The notes beneath the pieces were generated by a model, which worked only from the letters and a program-made list of their open reading frames with translations, made no database searches and was not told the origin of the DNA. DNA of 46,145 nucleotides. Origin: a virus. Of this stretch, positions 23,757 through 32,544 are shown piece after piece. A program made the translations under genes and the position numbers. Every line of letters begins with the position of its first letter. The stretch's first letter is position 1. The stretch is from the IMG/VR virus record IMGVR_UViG_3300037087_000773. The stretch is one strand, 5' to 3'.

Positions 23757-24448
23757 ATTATTTTTTTTAATACATTTTCTTTTATTTTACCATATAGTTC
23801 ATCATCTTTTATTCTTATAAATTGGCATTTCAACGATTCTTCTATAATTTTTTGTCTTTTGATATCTTTATTTTTTAAATTTCCAAATACATCATAATGA
23901 TGTCTTTCATCCACTTCTAAACAAATATTAAGTTCTTTAACATATCCATCTACAGAATACGCCTTTACTTTAAATTGTCTTATTATTTTATAATTAATGA
24001 AATTTTCGATATAATCTAATATTTTAATTTCGTTTACTCCAATGCGTATATAACCAAGTTTTTCACATTTTTCTATCAAAAATTTTCTTCTTTTCTCTTG
24101 TACTTCTGGATCAAACAAAGGATTATTTTTCTTCATTCTTTCACTCTGATCAAAATTTTGTTTCCCCTTCCAATATTTAGGATTATCATTCCCTGTTAAT
24201 TTACCTTTTCTGTTTTTAGATATTTTCTCTCTAACCTCCGATCTTTTGGCTGGATTTTTATCACCCATCTTCGTTATTCTTATCTTATTTCCTATTTCCT
24301 GTGACTTTTCAGATCCAAAAACCTCAACAAAAGTTTTTCCTTTTAATTTAGATGGATGTCCCTTCTTCCCACGACCATTATGACCATTAATATAAGTATT
24401 ACCCGATTTTACTTCTTTACCACAACCACAGTCACATAAATTATTCAT
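23744..24448 (-). CDS. free-standing homing-endonuclease-like protein (N-terminal Cys cluster, NUMOD3 repeats, C-terminal PD-(D/E)xK/EDxHD-like nuclease)
   Basis: N-terminus CDCGCGKEV...NGHNGRGKKGH. It carries repeated NUMOD3-like units (GDKNPAKRSEVREKISKNRKGK; KGKTFVEVFGSEKSQEIGNKI). The C-terminal YSVDGYVKELNICLEVDERHHYDVFGNLKNKDIKRQKIIEESLKCQFIRI resembles Vsr/DUF559-type and EDxHD (I-Bth0305I-like) nucleases. It overlaps the NUDIX gene by 13 nt. Confidence 0.55.
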   Translation of the reverse strand: MNNLCDCGCGKEVKSGNTYINGHNGRGKKGHPSKLKGKTFVEVFGSEKSQEIGNKIRITKMGDKNPAKRSEVREKISKNRKGKLTGNDNPKYWKGKQNFDQSERMKKNNPLFDPEVQEKRRKFLIEKCEKLGYIRIGVNEIKILDYIENFINYKIIRQFKVKAYSVDGYVKELNICLEVDERHHYDVFGNLKNKDIKRQKIIEESLKCQFIRIKDDELYGKIKENVLKKIIWIK

Positions 24449-24468
24449 TTTTAATATATTATTTACTA

Positions 24469-24927
24469 TTATATATTAAAAGTTAACCCATTTTTTAACT
24501 TTTCAAATAATTCTTCTATACTAAAACAGACATTTCCACCATTACACATACAAAAAGCATACATTATATCCCACCTTTCGGGTTCTTCATCAAATAAAAC
24601 GAAACATTTTTTTCCACATCCAACCATATAACCTAATTCCAAATGACAAGATTTCCCAGCTGGCATTACCAAAATAGCTATATCACTTCTATCCAAATGA
24701 CTTTTATCAAATTCGAAAATATGTTTACCAGCCCATCCATTTAAAGCTTGTTTATAGGTACTATTTTTTGTTTTTTCGTATTTTCTCCAAAATTCATCAG
24801 CTTCTGGTCCGGGAGAAAACCAATCATCAAATACTTCAAATCCTATTTCTCTCAATTGATTTCCAATAATAGGAATATTTTCATTTCTTAATGATCCTAT
24901 TAAATAAATACATGGTGTTTTCTTCAT
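24469..24927 (-). CDS. nucleoside 2-deoxyribosyltransferase-like protein (152 aa)
   Basis: N-terminus IYLIGSLRNENIPIIGNQLREIGFEV (IYLAGPF-type). The conserved acidic core is DIAILVMPAGKSCHLELGYMVGCGKKCFVLF (compare DSGTAFEIGYAYALGKPV). Confidence 0.55.
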   Translation of the reverse strand: MKKTPCIYLIGSLRNENIPIIGNQLREIGFEVFDDWFSPGPEADEFWRKYEKTKNSTYKQALNGWAGKHIFEFDKSHLDRSDIAILVMPAGKSCHLELGYMVGCGKKCFVLFDEEPERWDIMYAFCMCNGGNVCFSIEELFEKLKNGLTFNI

Positions 24928-24986
24928 TAATTCTAAATTATTTTCTGTTTATATGAATCCGTATCTAAATTGTTTATCTTTTTAGT

Positions 24987-24998
24987 TGGATTGACCCC
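24987..24998 (+). promoter_or_regulatory. GC-rich 12-mer TGGATTGACCCC in the divergent intergenic region heading glycan cluster II
   Basis: This is the second copy, sharing 11 of 12 positions with 13522-13533. It lies 34 nt upstream of the 25032 ATG and 60 nt upstream of the 24927 start on the other strand. Confidence 0.4.
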
Positions 24999-25031
24999 GT
25001 TTTCTCCAATATATAAGAATAAAAAACCAAC

Positions 25032-26399
25032 ATGATTAAATTAATTGTATTTGATTTAGATGGGGTTTTAGTATCTACAAAAGAACTTCATTACTTTTCC
25101 CTGAATAGGTCTTTATGTGATATTGATTCTAAATATGAAATTGGTTTAAATGAACACTATGAAATGTATGATGGACTACCGACAATGAGGAAACTAAAAA
25201 TGTTAACTCAATATAAAGATTTACCATCGGAATTATATGACCAGATAAATAGGAATAAACAAAAATACACATTTGATCTTATCAGAGAAACCATCAAAAA
25301 AGATGAAAGACTTATAGAGTTATTGAAAAAGCTAAAGAGTGAAAATTTCAAAATTTATGTCGCATCAAATTCAATTCGTGAAACAACTAAACTTTTATTA
25401 TATTACACTGGTTTATTAGAATATGTTGACTTCTATATATCAAATGAAGATGTAAAAAATCCCAAACCAAATTCAGAAATGTACTTACATTGTATGATTG
25501 ATGCTGGGGTTAATCCAGATGAAACATTAATTGTCGAAGATTCTCCAAGAGGTATCGAATCGGCCAGAAACGCTAAAAGTCATATATTGATAGTCCAGAA
25601 TCCAGAAGATTTGACATATGAAAAAATACACCATTCCATGATACATGATAATAAACCAGTAAAATTAAAACTATCTAACTTTAATATTTTAATTCCAATG
25701 GCTGGGGCTGGAACAAGATTTCAAAAAGCCGGGTTCACTTTTCCTAAACCATTAATTGAAGTCAATGGAAAACCAATGATACAAGTTGTAATTGACAATT
25801 TGGGATTTGAAGCCAATTATATTTATGTGGTTCGTAAAGAACATTATGAAAAATTTAATCTCAAGAATTTCTTGAACTTAATAACTCCAAATTGTAAAAT
25901 AATTCAAGTGGATGAATTAACTGAAGGAGCGGCTTGTACAACCTTGTTAGCTAAAGAATATATAAATAACGACAATCCATTAATTATAGCCAATTCCGAT
26001 CAGTTTTTAGAATGGAATCCGATGGATTTTTATTATAAAATGATTGAAACTAAATCAGATGGTGGAATTGTAACATTTCGTTCAACTCACCCAAAATGGT
26101 CATTTGCGAAAATAAATGAATTCGGAAATGTTGTTGAAGTGGCCGAAAAAAACCCGATTAGTGATATTGCCACCGTTGGTGTTTATTATTATAAAAAAGG
26201 TTCTGAGTATGTCAAATATGCCGAACAAATGATAAGTAAAAACATAAGAGTAAACAATGAATTCTATGTCTGCCCAATATACAATGAATATATTGGTGAT
26301 GGTAAAAAAATTAGAACACATGATATAGATAAAATGTGGGGTATAGGTACACCCGAAGATCTCGAATACTTCATAAACAATTATAATCAAAAAAAATAA
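25032..26399 (+). CDS. bifunctional HAD-superfamily hydrolase/phosphomutase-like (N-terminal) plus sugar-phosphate nucleotidyltransferase (C-terminal)
   Basis: N-terminus IKLIVFDLDGVLVST (DxDG motif I)...LIVEDSPRGIESARNA (HAD-IA). C-terminus ILIPMAGAGTRFQKAGFTFPKPLIEVNGKPMIQ (NTP_transferase G-x-G-T-R signature)...IANSDQF. Confidence 0.75.
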   Translation: MIKLIVFDLDGVLVSTKELHYFSLNRSLCDIDSKYEIGLNEHYEMYDGLPTMRKLKMLTQYKDLPSELYDQINRNKQKYTFDLIRETIKKDERLIELLKKLKSENFKIYVASNSIRETTKLLLYYTGLLEYVDFYISNEDVKNPKPNSEMYLHCMIDAGVNPDETLIVEDSPRGIESARNAKSHILIVQNPEDLTYEKIHHSMIHDNKPVKLKLSNFNILIPMAGAGTRFQKAGFTFPKPLIEVNGKPMIQVVIDNLGFEANYIYVVRKEHYEKFNLKNFLNLITPNCKIIQVDELTEGAACTTLLAKEYINNDNPLIIANSDQFLEWNPMDFYYKMIETKSDGGIVTFRSTHPKWSFAKINEFGNVVEVAEKNPISDIATVGVYYYKKGSEYVKYAEQMISKNIRVNNEFYVCPIYNEYIGDGKKIRTHDIDKMWGIGTPEDLEYFINNYNQKK

Positions 26400-26406
26400 A
26401 AAACAC

Positions 26407-26646
26407 ATGAAAACATTAAAAAATGAATTGAATTTAAAAGGAATTAAAAATTGGAGTTTAATATTTGGAGGATCTGATCCAGATATAAAACCAACAATCT
26501 TATTAAGATTTAATGATGATAGAATTGAATCTTTACTTCTTAATAAAGAAGAAATAAAAAAAATAAAAAATTCAAAAGAAGGAGAATTCCAAAAGGAAGT
26601 AGAAAAAATCATATTGAATAAATTGCAAAAATCCGAATTAGAATAA
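26407..26646 (+). CDS. hypothetical small protein (79 aa)
   Basis: ORF within the operon, starting 7 nt after the upstream stop. K/E-rich. Confidence 0.35.
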   Translation: MKTLKNELNLKGIKNWSLIFGGSDPDIKPTILLRFNDDRIESLLLNKEEIKKIKNSKEGEFQKEVEKIILNKLQKSELE

Positions 26647-27314
26647 TGAAAGTAGCTCTCCTTTTAACTGGTTATTTAAGAAAATATAAAGAATGTTTCA
26701 ATAGTTTATATCAAAATTTATTATCCAAATATGATATAGATATTTATTGTTCGACTTGGAATAAACAAGAAAATGGAATCATAATTGACGAAAAATATTT
26801 CGATATTTATAATCCAAAAAAAATCATCATAATTGATGTTGATGAATATAATAAAATCAAACCAATATTCAAAAAATTACAAAGAGAAAACGATGTTTTT
26901 GATATTGATCAAAGAGCTAAATGGCATGGTGAATATTGGGTTAATAGATTAATGGATCAATGGTATATAGTGAAGAAATCTTTTGAATCCATAGAGAATT
27001 CAGAACAATATGATAAATTTTTCAGACTTCGTTATGATGTTTTATTGAATAATTTTATTTTATTAGATAACGACCATCTAACAATTCCACGAGATGAATC
27101 TTTTGTGTGGGATTATAGTGATCACATGGCTTATGGAAATTATGATGCTATGTATAAATATTGTCATTTTTATGACCATATTTTCAAACTTTATGAAAAA
27201 TATAATATAGATGTATCACACGCGGTTAATATGCTGAAATTCTACATGGGTGAATATGAACCAAAAGTTGAAACAACAGTAGATGTTAATCTCGTGTATA
27301 AAATAAACAAATAA
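26646..27314 (+). CDS. hypothetical protein (222 aa), weakly paralogous to 30102..30896
   Basis: VALLLTGYLR...IYCSTWNKQENG versus the 30102 gene's VIFRGSVLYAG...VIVSTWKGQEEH. The similarity is low. Confidence 0.45.
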   Translation: MKVALLLTGYLRKYKECFNSLYQNLLSKYDIDIYCSTWNKQENGIIIDEKYFDIYNPKKIIIIDVDEYNKIKPIFKKLQRENDVFDIDQRAKWHGEYWVNRLMDQWYIVKKSFESIENSEQYDKFFRLRYDVLLNNFILLDNDHLTIPRDESFVWDYSDHMAYGNYDAMYKYCHFYDHIFKLYEKYNIDVSHAVNMLKFYMGEYEPKVETTVDVNLVYKINK

Positions 27315-27316
27315 CG

Positions 27317-28444
27317 ATGAACATATTAATACCAATGGCCGGTTTAAGTACCAGATTTCTTAACGAGGGTATAAAAACACCTAAACCATTAATTAAAGTA
27401 AATGGAAAGACACTCATTGAACATTCTGTTAGTTCATTAAATATTCATGGACATTATATATTTATTACTCGTAAATATGAAAATCCACAAGATAATATCG
27501 ATTTATCAGAAGAACTAAAAAGATTAGTTCCTAATTGTTTGGAAATTTGTTTAGACAAACCAACCAGAGGAGCCACCGAAACCTGTTTAATGGCCGAACA
27601 ATGGATTAATACTGATGAAGAACTCATAATAACAAATTGTGATCAAATAACAAATTGGAAATCTGGTGATTTTTTAAAAAATATCGGTCAATATTCAGAT
27701 TTTCCAGATGATTATCCTTTTCCAGATGGTGGTTGTGTAGTAACATATACTTCTGATAATCCAAAAAACAGTTTTGCTATTGTTGAAAATGGGCAAGTAA
27801 CACAAATTGTTGAAAAAAAGGTCGTATCTAATATAGCCCTTATCGGTGTTCATTATTGGAAAAAAGGAAAATATTTTGTCGAATCGGCAAAACAACTCTT
27901 AGAAAGTTTTGAAAAAACTGGAGTACCCGAATGTTATATTTCCGAAACTTATAATTTTCTTATTAAAAAGGGACTCAGAATTACAAATTATCATGTCAAA
28001 GAAAATCAATATATTTCCCTTGGTACACCCTATGATTTAATGATTTATGAATCAAAAATAAAGGAATATTTCACTGATAAACCAAAAACCATTTTCATTG
28101 ATTTAGATGGAACAATAATTCATCATCTTCATAGATTTAGTGATGTCGTGAAAGAAGAACCAACTTTGTTAGAGGGGGTTATTGAAAAAATAAATGAATG
28201 GGATTCACATGGTCATAGAATCATTTTTGTAACCGCAAGAAAAGAATCAGCAAGAGAGATGACTGAAAATCAATTGAGAAAACTCGGTTTATGTTGGGAT
28301 CAATTAATAATGGGTGTGTCTAATGGAATCAGAGTGATGATTAATGATAAATTAGACGAAGATAATCCAGATCGTACAATATCAATTAATTTGAAAACCA
28401 ATAGTGGATTTAAAAATATAAAGTGGGGTGATTACGGATTATGA
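27317..28444 (+). CDS. bifunctional sugar-phosphate nucleotidyltransferase (N-terminal) plus HAD-like phosphatase (C-terminal)
   Basis: N-terminus MNILIPMAGLSTRFLNEGIKTPKPLIKVNGKTLIEH (NTP_transferase). C-terminus TIFIDLDGTIIHH...IIFVTARKESAREMTENQLRKLG...MINDKLDED (HAD motifs I-IV). The domain order is the reverse of the 25032 gene. Confidence 0.75.
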   Translation: MNILIPMAGLSTRFLNEGIKTPKPLIKVNGKTLIEHSVSSLNIHGHYIFITRKYENPQDNIDLSEELKRLVPNCLEICLDKPTRGATETCLMAEQWINTDEELIITNCDQITNWKSGDFLKNIGQYSDFPDDYPFPDGGCVVTYTSDNPKNSFAIVENGQVTQIVEKKVVSNIALIGVHYWKKGKYFVESAKQLLESFEKTGVPECYISETYNFLIKKGLRITNYHVKENQYISLGTPYDLMIYESKIKEYFTDKPKTIFIDLDGTIIHHLHRFSDVVKEEPTLLEGVIEKINEWDSHGHRIIFVTARKESAREMTENQLRKLGLCWDQLIMGVSNGIRVMINDKLDEDNPDRTISINLKTNSGFKNIKWGDYGL

Positions 28445-29403
28445 AATTATACAGAATCGAAGATATGAAAGGTGGTTGGTTCGTTGGTAATTTTGAACCA
28501 ACCATTTTTAAAACAAAAGAATGTGAAGTATCTTATAAAGTCCACAAGAAAGGTGAAATTTGGGATATTCATTATCATGATGTTTGTACAGAGATAAATC
28601 TACTCATAAGAGGTGAGATGATAATGCAAAATAAAACTTTAAAGCCGGGAGATATATTTGTTCTCGAACCATTTGAAATAGCAGATCCGACATTCTTAGA
28701 AGATTGTGAAATTATATGTGTTAAAGTTCCATCAATAAATGACAAAATATCTGTGATTAAAAAGGAAATCACACAGGTAAAAGAATCCACGCAAAGAACA
28801 GAAATGGACTTCAGAGAATTGATAAAACCAAAGGGATGCACTTTTATTCAAATTGGTTCTAATGATGGAATTAAAAATGAAAATTGCGGTTTTAGAGAAG
28901 AAGTTTTAGAACATGAACATAATGTTATAATGATAGAACCAATTCCTTCTTTTTTTAATCAATTAAAATTAAATTATAAAAATAGTAAATCTCATATACA
29001 ATTTGAAAATTGTGCAATAACTGAAAGTAATCAAGAAAAAAGCATTTATCTCAATGATGAAGAAAGTTCTTTTTGTGTGATTAAAGATAGAGACCCGAAT
29101 AATTTTTTAAAAGTAAAATGTAAAACAATTCACGATATTATAAAAGAATATAACATAACACATATAGATGGTTTATTTATTGATGCCGAAGGTTATGAAT
29201 ATTTGATATTAAAAAATTTATTTGAAAAAAAGAACATCCCGAATATAAATTTCATAAGATACGAATTTGTACTTAGTGAAAATATTAATGGATTAGATGA
29301 ACTATTAGTAAACAATGGATTTAGAATATTCAAGGATTCAACTGAAGGTGGAGATAAAATCGCTGTTAATAATAAATTAATACAAAAATTAAAAATAATA
29401 TAA
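28441..29403 (+). CDS. cupin-domain (N-terminal) plus FkbM-family methyltransferase (C-terminal) fusion
   Basis: Cupin: GGWFVGNFEP...HKKGEIWDIHYHDVCTEINLLIRGEMIM...KPGDIFVLEP. FkbM: CTFIQIGSNDGIKNE...IMIEPIPSFF...IDGLFIDAEGYEYLILKNL. It overlaps the upstream gene by ATGA. Confidence 0.65.
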   Translation: MKLYRIEDMKGGWFVGNFEPTIFKTKECEVSYKVHKKGEIWDIHYHDVCTEINLLIRGEMIMQNKTLKPGDIFVLEPFEIADPTFLEDCEIICVKVPSINDKISVIKKEITQVKESTQRTEMDFRELIKPKGCTFIQIGSNDGIKNENCGFREEVLEHEHNVIMIEPIPSFFNQLKLNYKNSKSHIQFENCAITESNQEKSIYLNDEESSFCVIKDRDPNNFLKVKCKTIHDIIKEYNITHIDGLFIDAEGYEYLILKNLFEKKNIPNINFIRYEFVLSENINGLDELLVNNGFRIFKDSTEGGDKIAVNNKLIQKLKII

Positions 29404-29409
29404 AAAAAT

Positions 29410-30102
29410 ATGTTTGGACAATTATCAACCCATGTGGGGAAAAGAGTTAATTTCGTTATAAATAAGATGGACTTATCCAATATAAAGGAAATATTAGACA
29501 TCGGATCATGGCATTTAAATCAAAGTCATGAATTTCATGATATTTTTCCTGATGCGAATGTAAATGCATTTGAACCAGTACCAGATTCATATCAACTTTG
29601 TTTAAATAACAATCGTTGTCCAGATAAAATATCTGTTCACAATTTGGCATTAACCGATTTTAATGGTGAAACTAATTTTTATCCAGTAGATCCTGTTAAA
29701 AGTTCAGATCCAAATGTGGGAGCTTCATCACTACTGAAATTCATGGATGGTTTAAATGGTAGTTTCTTTAACCAGAACTGGATTCAAAATGAGATTATTG
29801 TTAAATGTTCAACTTTGGATAATTGGTGTCAAACTTATGGAAAAAAAATAGATATAATTTGGATAGATGTTCAAGGAGCCGAACTTAAAGTTTTCAAAGG
29901 GGCAGACAATACATTGAATGATGTGAAAATAATATTTACTGAAGTTGGACTTAAACCTTATTATGTAGGACATAGTTTAAAAAATGAAATTGATGAATAT
30001 CTAATAAGTAAGGGATTTGTAGAATTAACCGAATCTTTTGAATTGAACGGGTTTGATTACGAAGCAAATACTATATATTGTAAAAAGGAATTTTTATTGT
30101 AA
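29410..30102 (+). CDS. FkbM-family methyltransferase (230 aa)
   Basis: ILDIGSWHLNQSHEF...VNAFEPVPDSY...IDIIWIDVQGAELKVFKGA. Confidence 0.7.
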   Translation: MFGQLSTHVGKRVNFVINKMDLSNIKEILDIGSWHLNQSHEFHDIFPDANVNAFEPVPDSYQLCLNNNRCPDKISVHNLALTDFNGETNFYPVDPVKSSDPNVGASSLLKFMDGLNGSFFNQNWIQNEIIVKCSTLDNWCQTYGKKIDIIWIDVQGAELKVFKGADNTLNDVKIIFTEVGLKPYYVGHSLKNEIDEYLISKGFVELTESFELNGFDYEANTIYCKKEFLL

Positions 30103-30896
30103 TGAAGAAATCTGTCATTTTTAGGGGTAGTGTTTTATATGCCGGTGCTGCAAGTCGAGATATTCCAAAAAATTATCTGAAAGAATCTGTAATTAAATTA
30201 AGAGAATGGTTTGATGGGGAAGTCATTGTTTCAACTTGGAAAGGTCAGGAAGAACATTTAAAAGGAATTGACGGGATAGATAAAGTCGTACTTACTGATG
30301 ATCCCGGTCCGGGACCAGTTCAACACATAAAAAGACAAACATTATCTTATATAAATGGAATAAAGGAATCAACTGGAGATTTATTAATGGTTACACGAAC
30401 TGATATTTCTCATGAAGTAGATCCCTTCCCATATTTATTTGAATTAAAACAAAATGATGGTGCTTTTAGAGTATTTGATGAAAGAATAATAACTGGAAAT
30501 ATGATGACCATCTATCCAGATGGCCCAGAATATCCAAGTCATTTTAGAATTTGTGATTGGTTTCAAATTGGAAAAAGAGAAGATATTTTCAAATGGGGTG
30601 ATATTTTTGGATTAATAAACAATGATATCATTATTGGTAATCCCTGTACGGAACAAATTTGGTCTTTATCTGTATTGAAAAAATACTATGATGATTCAAT
30701 AGACTATCACAACATCGAACCAATAAAAAAATACGCTTGGGATTATTTACTTAATAATTTCAGAATCTTAGACATGAAATCTACCTTGAAAGCTCTAAAT
30801 CATAATTGGAATTTTCAACCTGAATACCTCCCATGTTATATAACAGAAAAAATGTATAATGATGTGTACATTTCAAAATATAAGGAACTAAAATGA
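30102..30896 (+). CDS. hypothetical protein (264 aa)
   Basis: Intact ORF with a 1-nt overlap (TAATG) with the upstream gene. It is weakly similar to 26646..27314. Confidence 0.45.
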   Translation: MKKSVIFRGSVLYAGAASRDIPKNYLKESVIKLREWFDGEVIVSTWKGQEEHLKGIDGIDKVVLTDDPGPGPVQHIKRQTLSYINGIKESTGDLLMVTRTDISHEVDPFPYLFELKQNDGAFRVFDERIITGNMMTIYPDGPEYPSHFRICDWFQIGKREDIFKWGDIFGLINNDIIIGNPCTEQIWSLSVLKKYYDDSIDYHNIEPIKKYAWDYLLNNFRILDMKSTLKALNHNWNFQPEYLPCYITEKMYNDVYISKYKELK

Positions 30897-31822
30897 AAGA
30901 TATACTATTTTTTAACTTCGATTGGGTGCCGAACTCGACCTATATTTTTAAATCATTTGAAAATTGTGGGTATTCATGTGATTGGGTAAATGAACAGTCA
31001 GTGTATGGATTTGTTCCAACAACAGAATATAAAATGATGATTGTTTATTTACATGAAAGGAATTATGCGGTTAATCCTATTTTAGTTCATCCTCTTTTAA
31101 AAAATACATTCATGGTTCAACATGATGATACTGATTTTGAAAATGTACAACAATACTATGTTCGTAAACCAGATATGATAATGCAAAGGGAACTCACCCC
31201 AGATACAGTAAATCCTTATGATTGTCCAGTTTATCCACATCATTTTCCAATTTATACGATTTACAAAGAGGGAATAATTAAAGACATTGACATATCTTTT
31301 ATAGGAACGCCCACAAATGGTAGAAGATTAAGTTTTATTGAACATATTATTAGATTATCAAAGAATGAATTGAAACATTTGAAATGGTATATACTTTATG
31401 AACAAAATAGACAAAGAGATAATTATGTAAATATTGTAAATAGAACCAAAATAGGGTTGAATTATCCGGGGAACTCATATGATACATGGAGAAATTGGGA
31501 ACAAGCAAGTGCGAAAGTTGCGACCATTCAACCGAAATTAAAAGTATTATCCTGTTCTGAGGGTCATATGCCTTATAATGATTATTTGGAAATAAAACTT
31601 GATCATTCTGATCTGGAAGAAAAGATTAATTATTTACTGGAAAATGAAAGATATAAAGAATTAGCTGAGAAATCATTTAATTCATATAACAATTTTCACA
31701 CCCCAGAAAAATGCTTCGAAAAATATTATGAAATGATAATGCGACACGCCCCCGAATCATTGGAAAGAAAACCGATTATTCCATTATCAGCTGAACCATT
31801 TTATAGAAATGTACATAAATAA
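30893..31822 (+). CDS. hypothetical protein (309 aa), possibly a glycan-processing enzyme
   Basis: ATGA overlap with the upstream gene. No confident motif. Confidence 0.45.
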   Translation: MKDILFFNFDWVPNSTYIFKSFENCGYSCDWVNEQSVYGFVPTTEYKMMIVYLHERNYAVNPILVHPLLKNTFMVQHDDTDFENVQQYYVRKPDMIMQRELTPDTVNPYDCPVYPHHFPIYTIYKEGIIKDIDISFIGTPTNGRRLSFIEHIIRLSKNELKHLKWYILYEQNRQRDNYVNIVNRTKIGLNYPGNSYDTWRNWEQASAKVATIQPKLKVLSCSEGHMPYNDYLEIKLDHSDLEEKINYLLENERYKELAEKSFNSYNNFHTPEKCFEKYYEMIMRHAPESLERKPIIPLSAEPFYRNVHK

Positions 31823-31825
31823 AAT

Positions 31826-32035
31826 ATGGAATGTACAATAAAAAAATTGACAGATAATAAAATACCGGGTGTAAATTACCTGATAAGATATCGTGATGGT
31901 AAATATGATAGAACTTTATGGGTTGATACCTTTGATATTGACGAAATTAAAAAAAATTTCTCTAATCTTCCTGATGAAGTTATGTCAGGTATTATAAACT
32001 TAGACAGAAAAATAAAATTGGACGATATATTATGA
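31826..32035 (+). CDS. hypothetical small protein (69 aa)
   Basis: ORF within the operon, with ATGA overlap with the downstream gene. Confidence 0.3.
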   Translation: MECTIKKLTDNKIPGVNYLIRYRDGKYDRTLWVDTFDIDEIKKNFSNLPDEVMSGIINLDRKIKLDDIL

Positions 32036-32484
32036 AATTAATATCACACCGAGGAAATATAAATGGTAAAATTCCAGAAAGAGAGAATTCCCCAGATTAC
32101 ATTTTAGAAGCCTTACAAAAAGGATTTGATGTAGAAGTTGATATTTGGTGGACATGGAAGAATGAATCTTTTGGATGGTATACTGGACATGATGAACCAA
32201 CATATCCAATCATTCTATTTGACTTCTATAAATATTTTAATAGATTGTGGTTTCATTGCAAAAATTTAGATGCTTTATATAAGCTAACTGTATATGACTT
32301 TGAATGTTTTTGGCATCAAAATGATGATTTTACTTTAACCTCAAAAAATCATATATGGACATTTCCGGGGAAACCATTAAGTGAACATTCCGTTTGTGTT
32401 CTACCAGAACAAACTGATCTCTTAAAAGACTATAGCAATTGTTACGGAATATGTAGTGATTACATAGAAGAATATAAGGATTAA
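32032..32484 (+). CDS. short glycerophosphodiester-phosphodiesterase (GDPD)-like protein (150 aa)
   Basis: N-terminus LISHRGNINGKIPERENSPDYILEALQKGFDVEVDIW resembles the GDPD motif block (HRG...EN(T/S)...E-x-D). It is much shorter than canonical GDPDs. Confidence 0.4.
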   Translation: MKLISHRGNINGKIPERENSPDYILEALQKGFDVEVDIWWTWKNESFGWYTGHDEPTYPIILFDFYKYFNRLWFHCKNLDALYKLTVYDFECFWHQNDDFTLTSKNHIWTFPGKPLSEHSVCVLPEQTDLLKDYSNCYGICSDYIEEYKD

Positions 32485-32544
32485 TATTTTTTTATTTCGG
32501 ATATTTATCGTACCTTTGTACTGTCAATCTAAAATCATATCATT

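Noticed and set aside
26646-30896. Assigning 26646..27314 and 30102..30896 to a named LPS/capsule family (WavE, LicD or Stealth-like)
   Set aside because: I cannot recall a diagnostic motif that matches. Only weak mutual similarity (V-x-x-S-T-W-x-x-Q-E) is present, so they are left as hypothetical paralogs.
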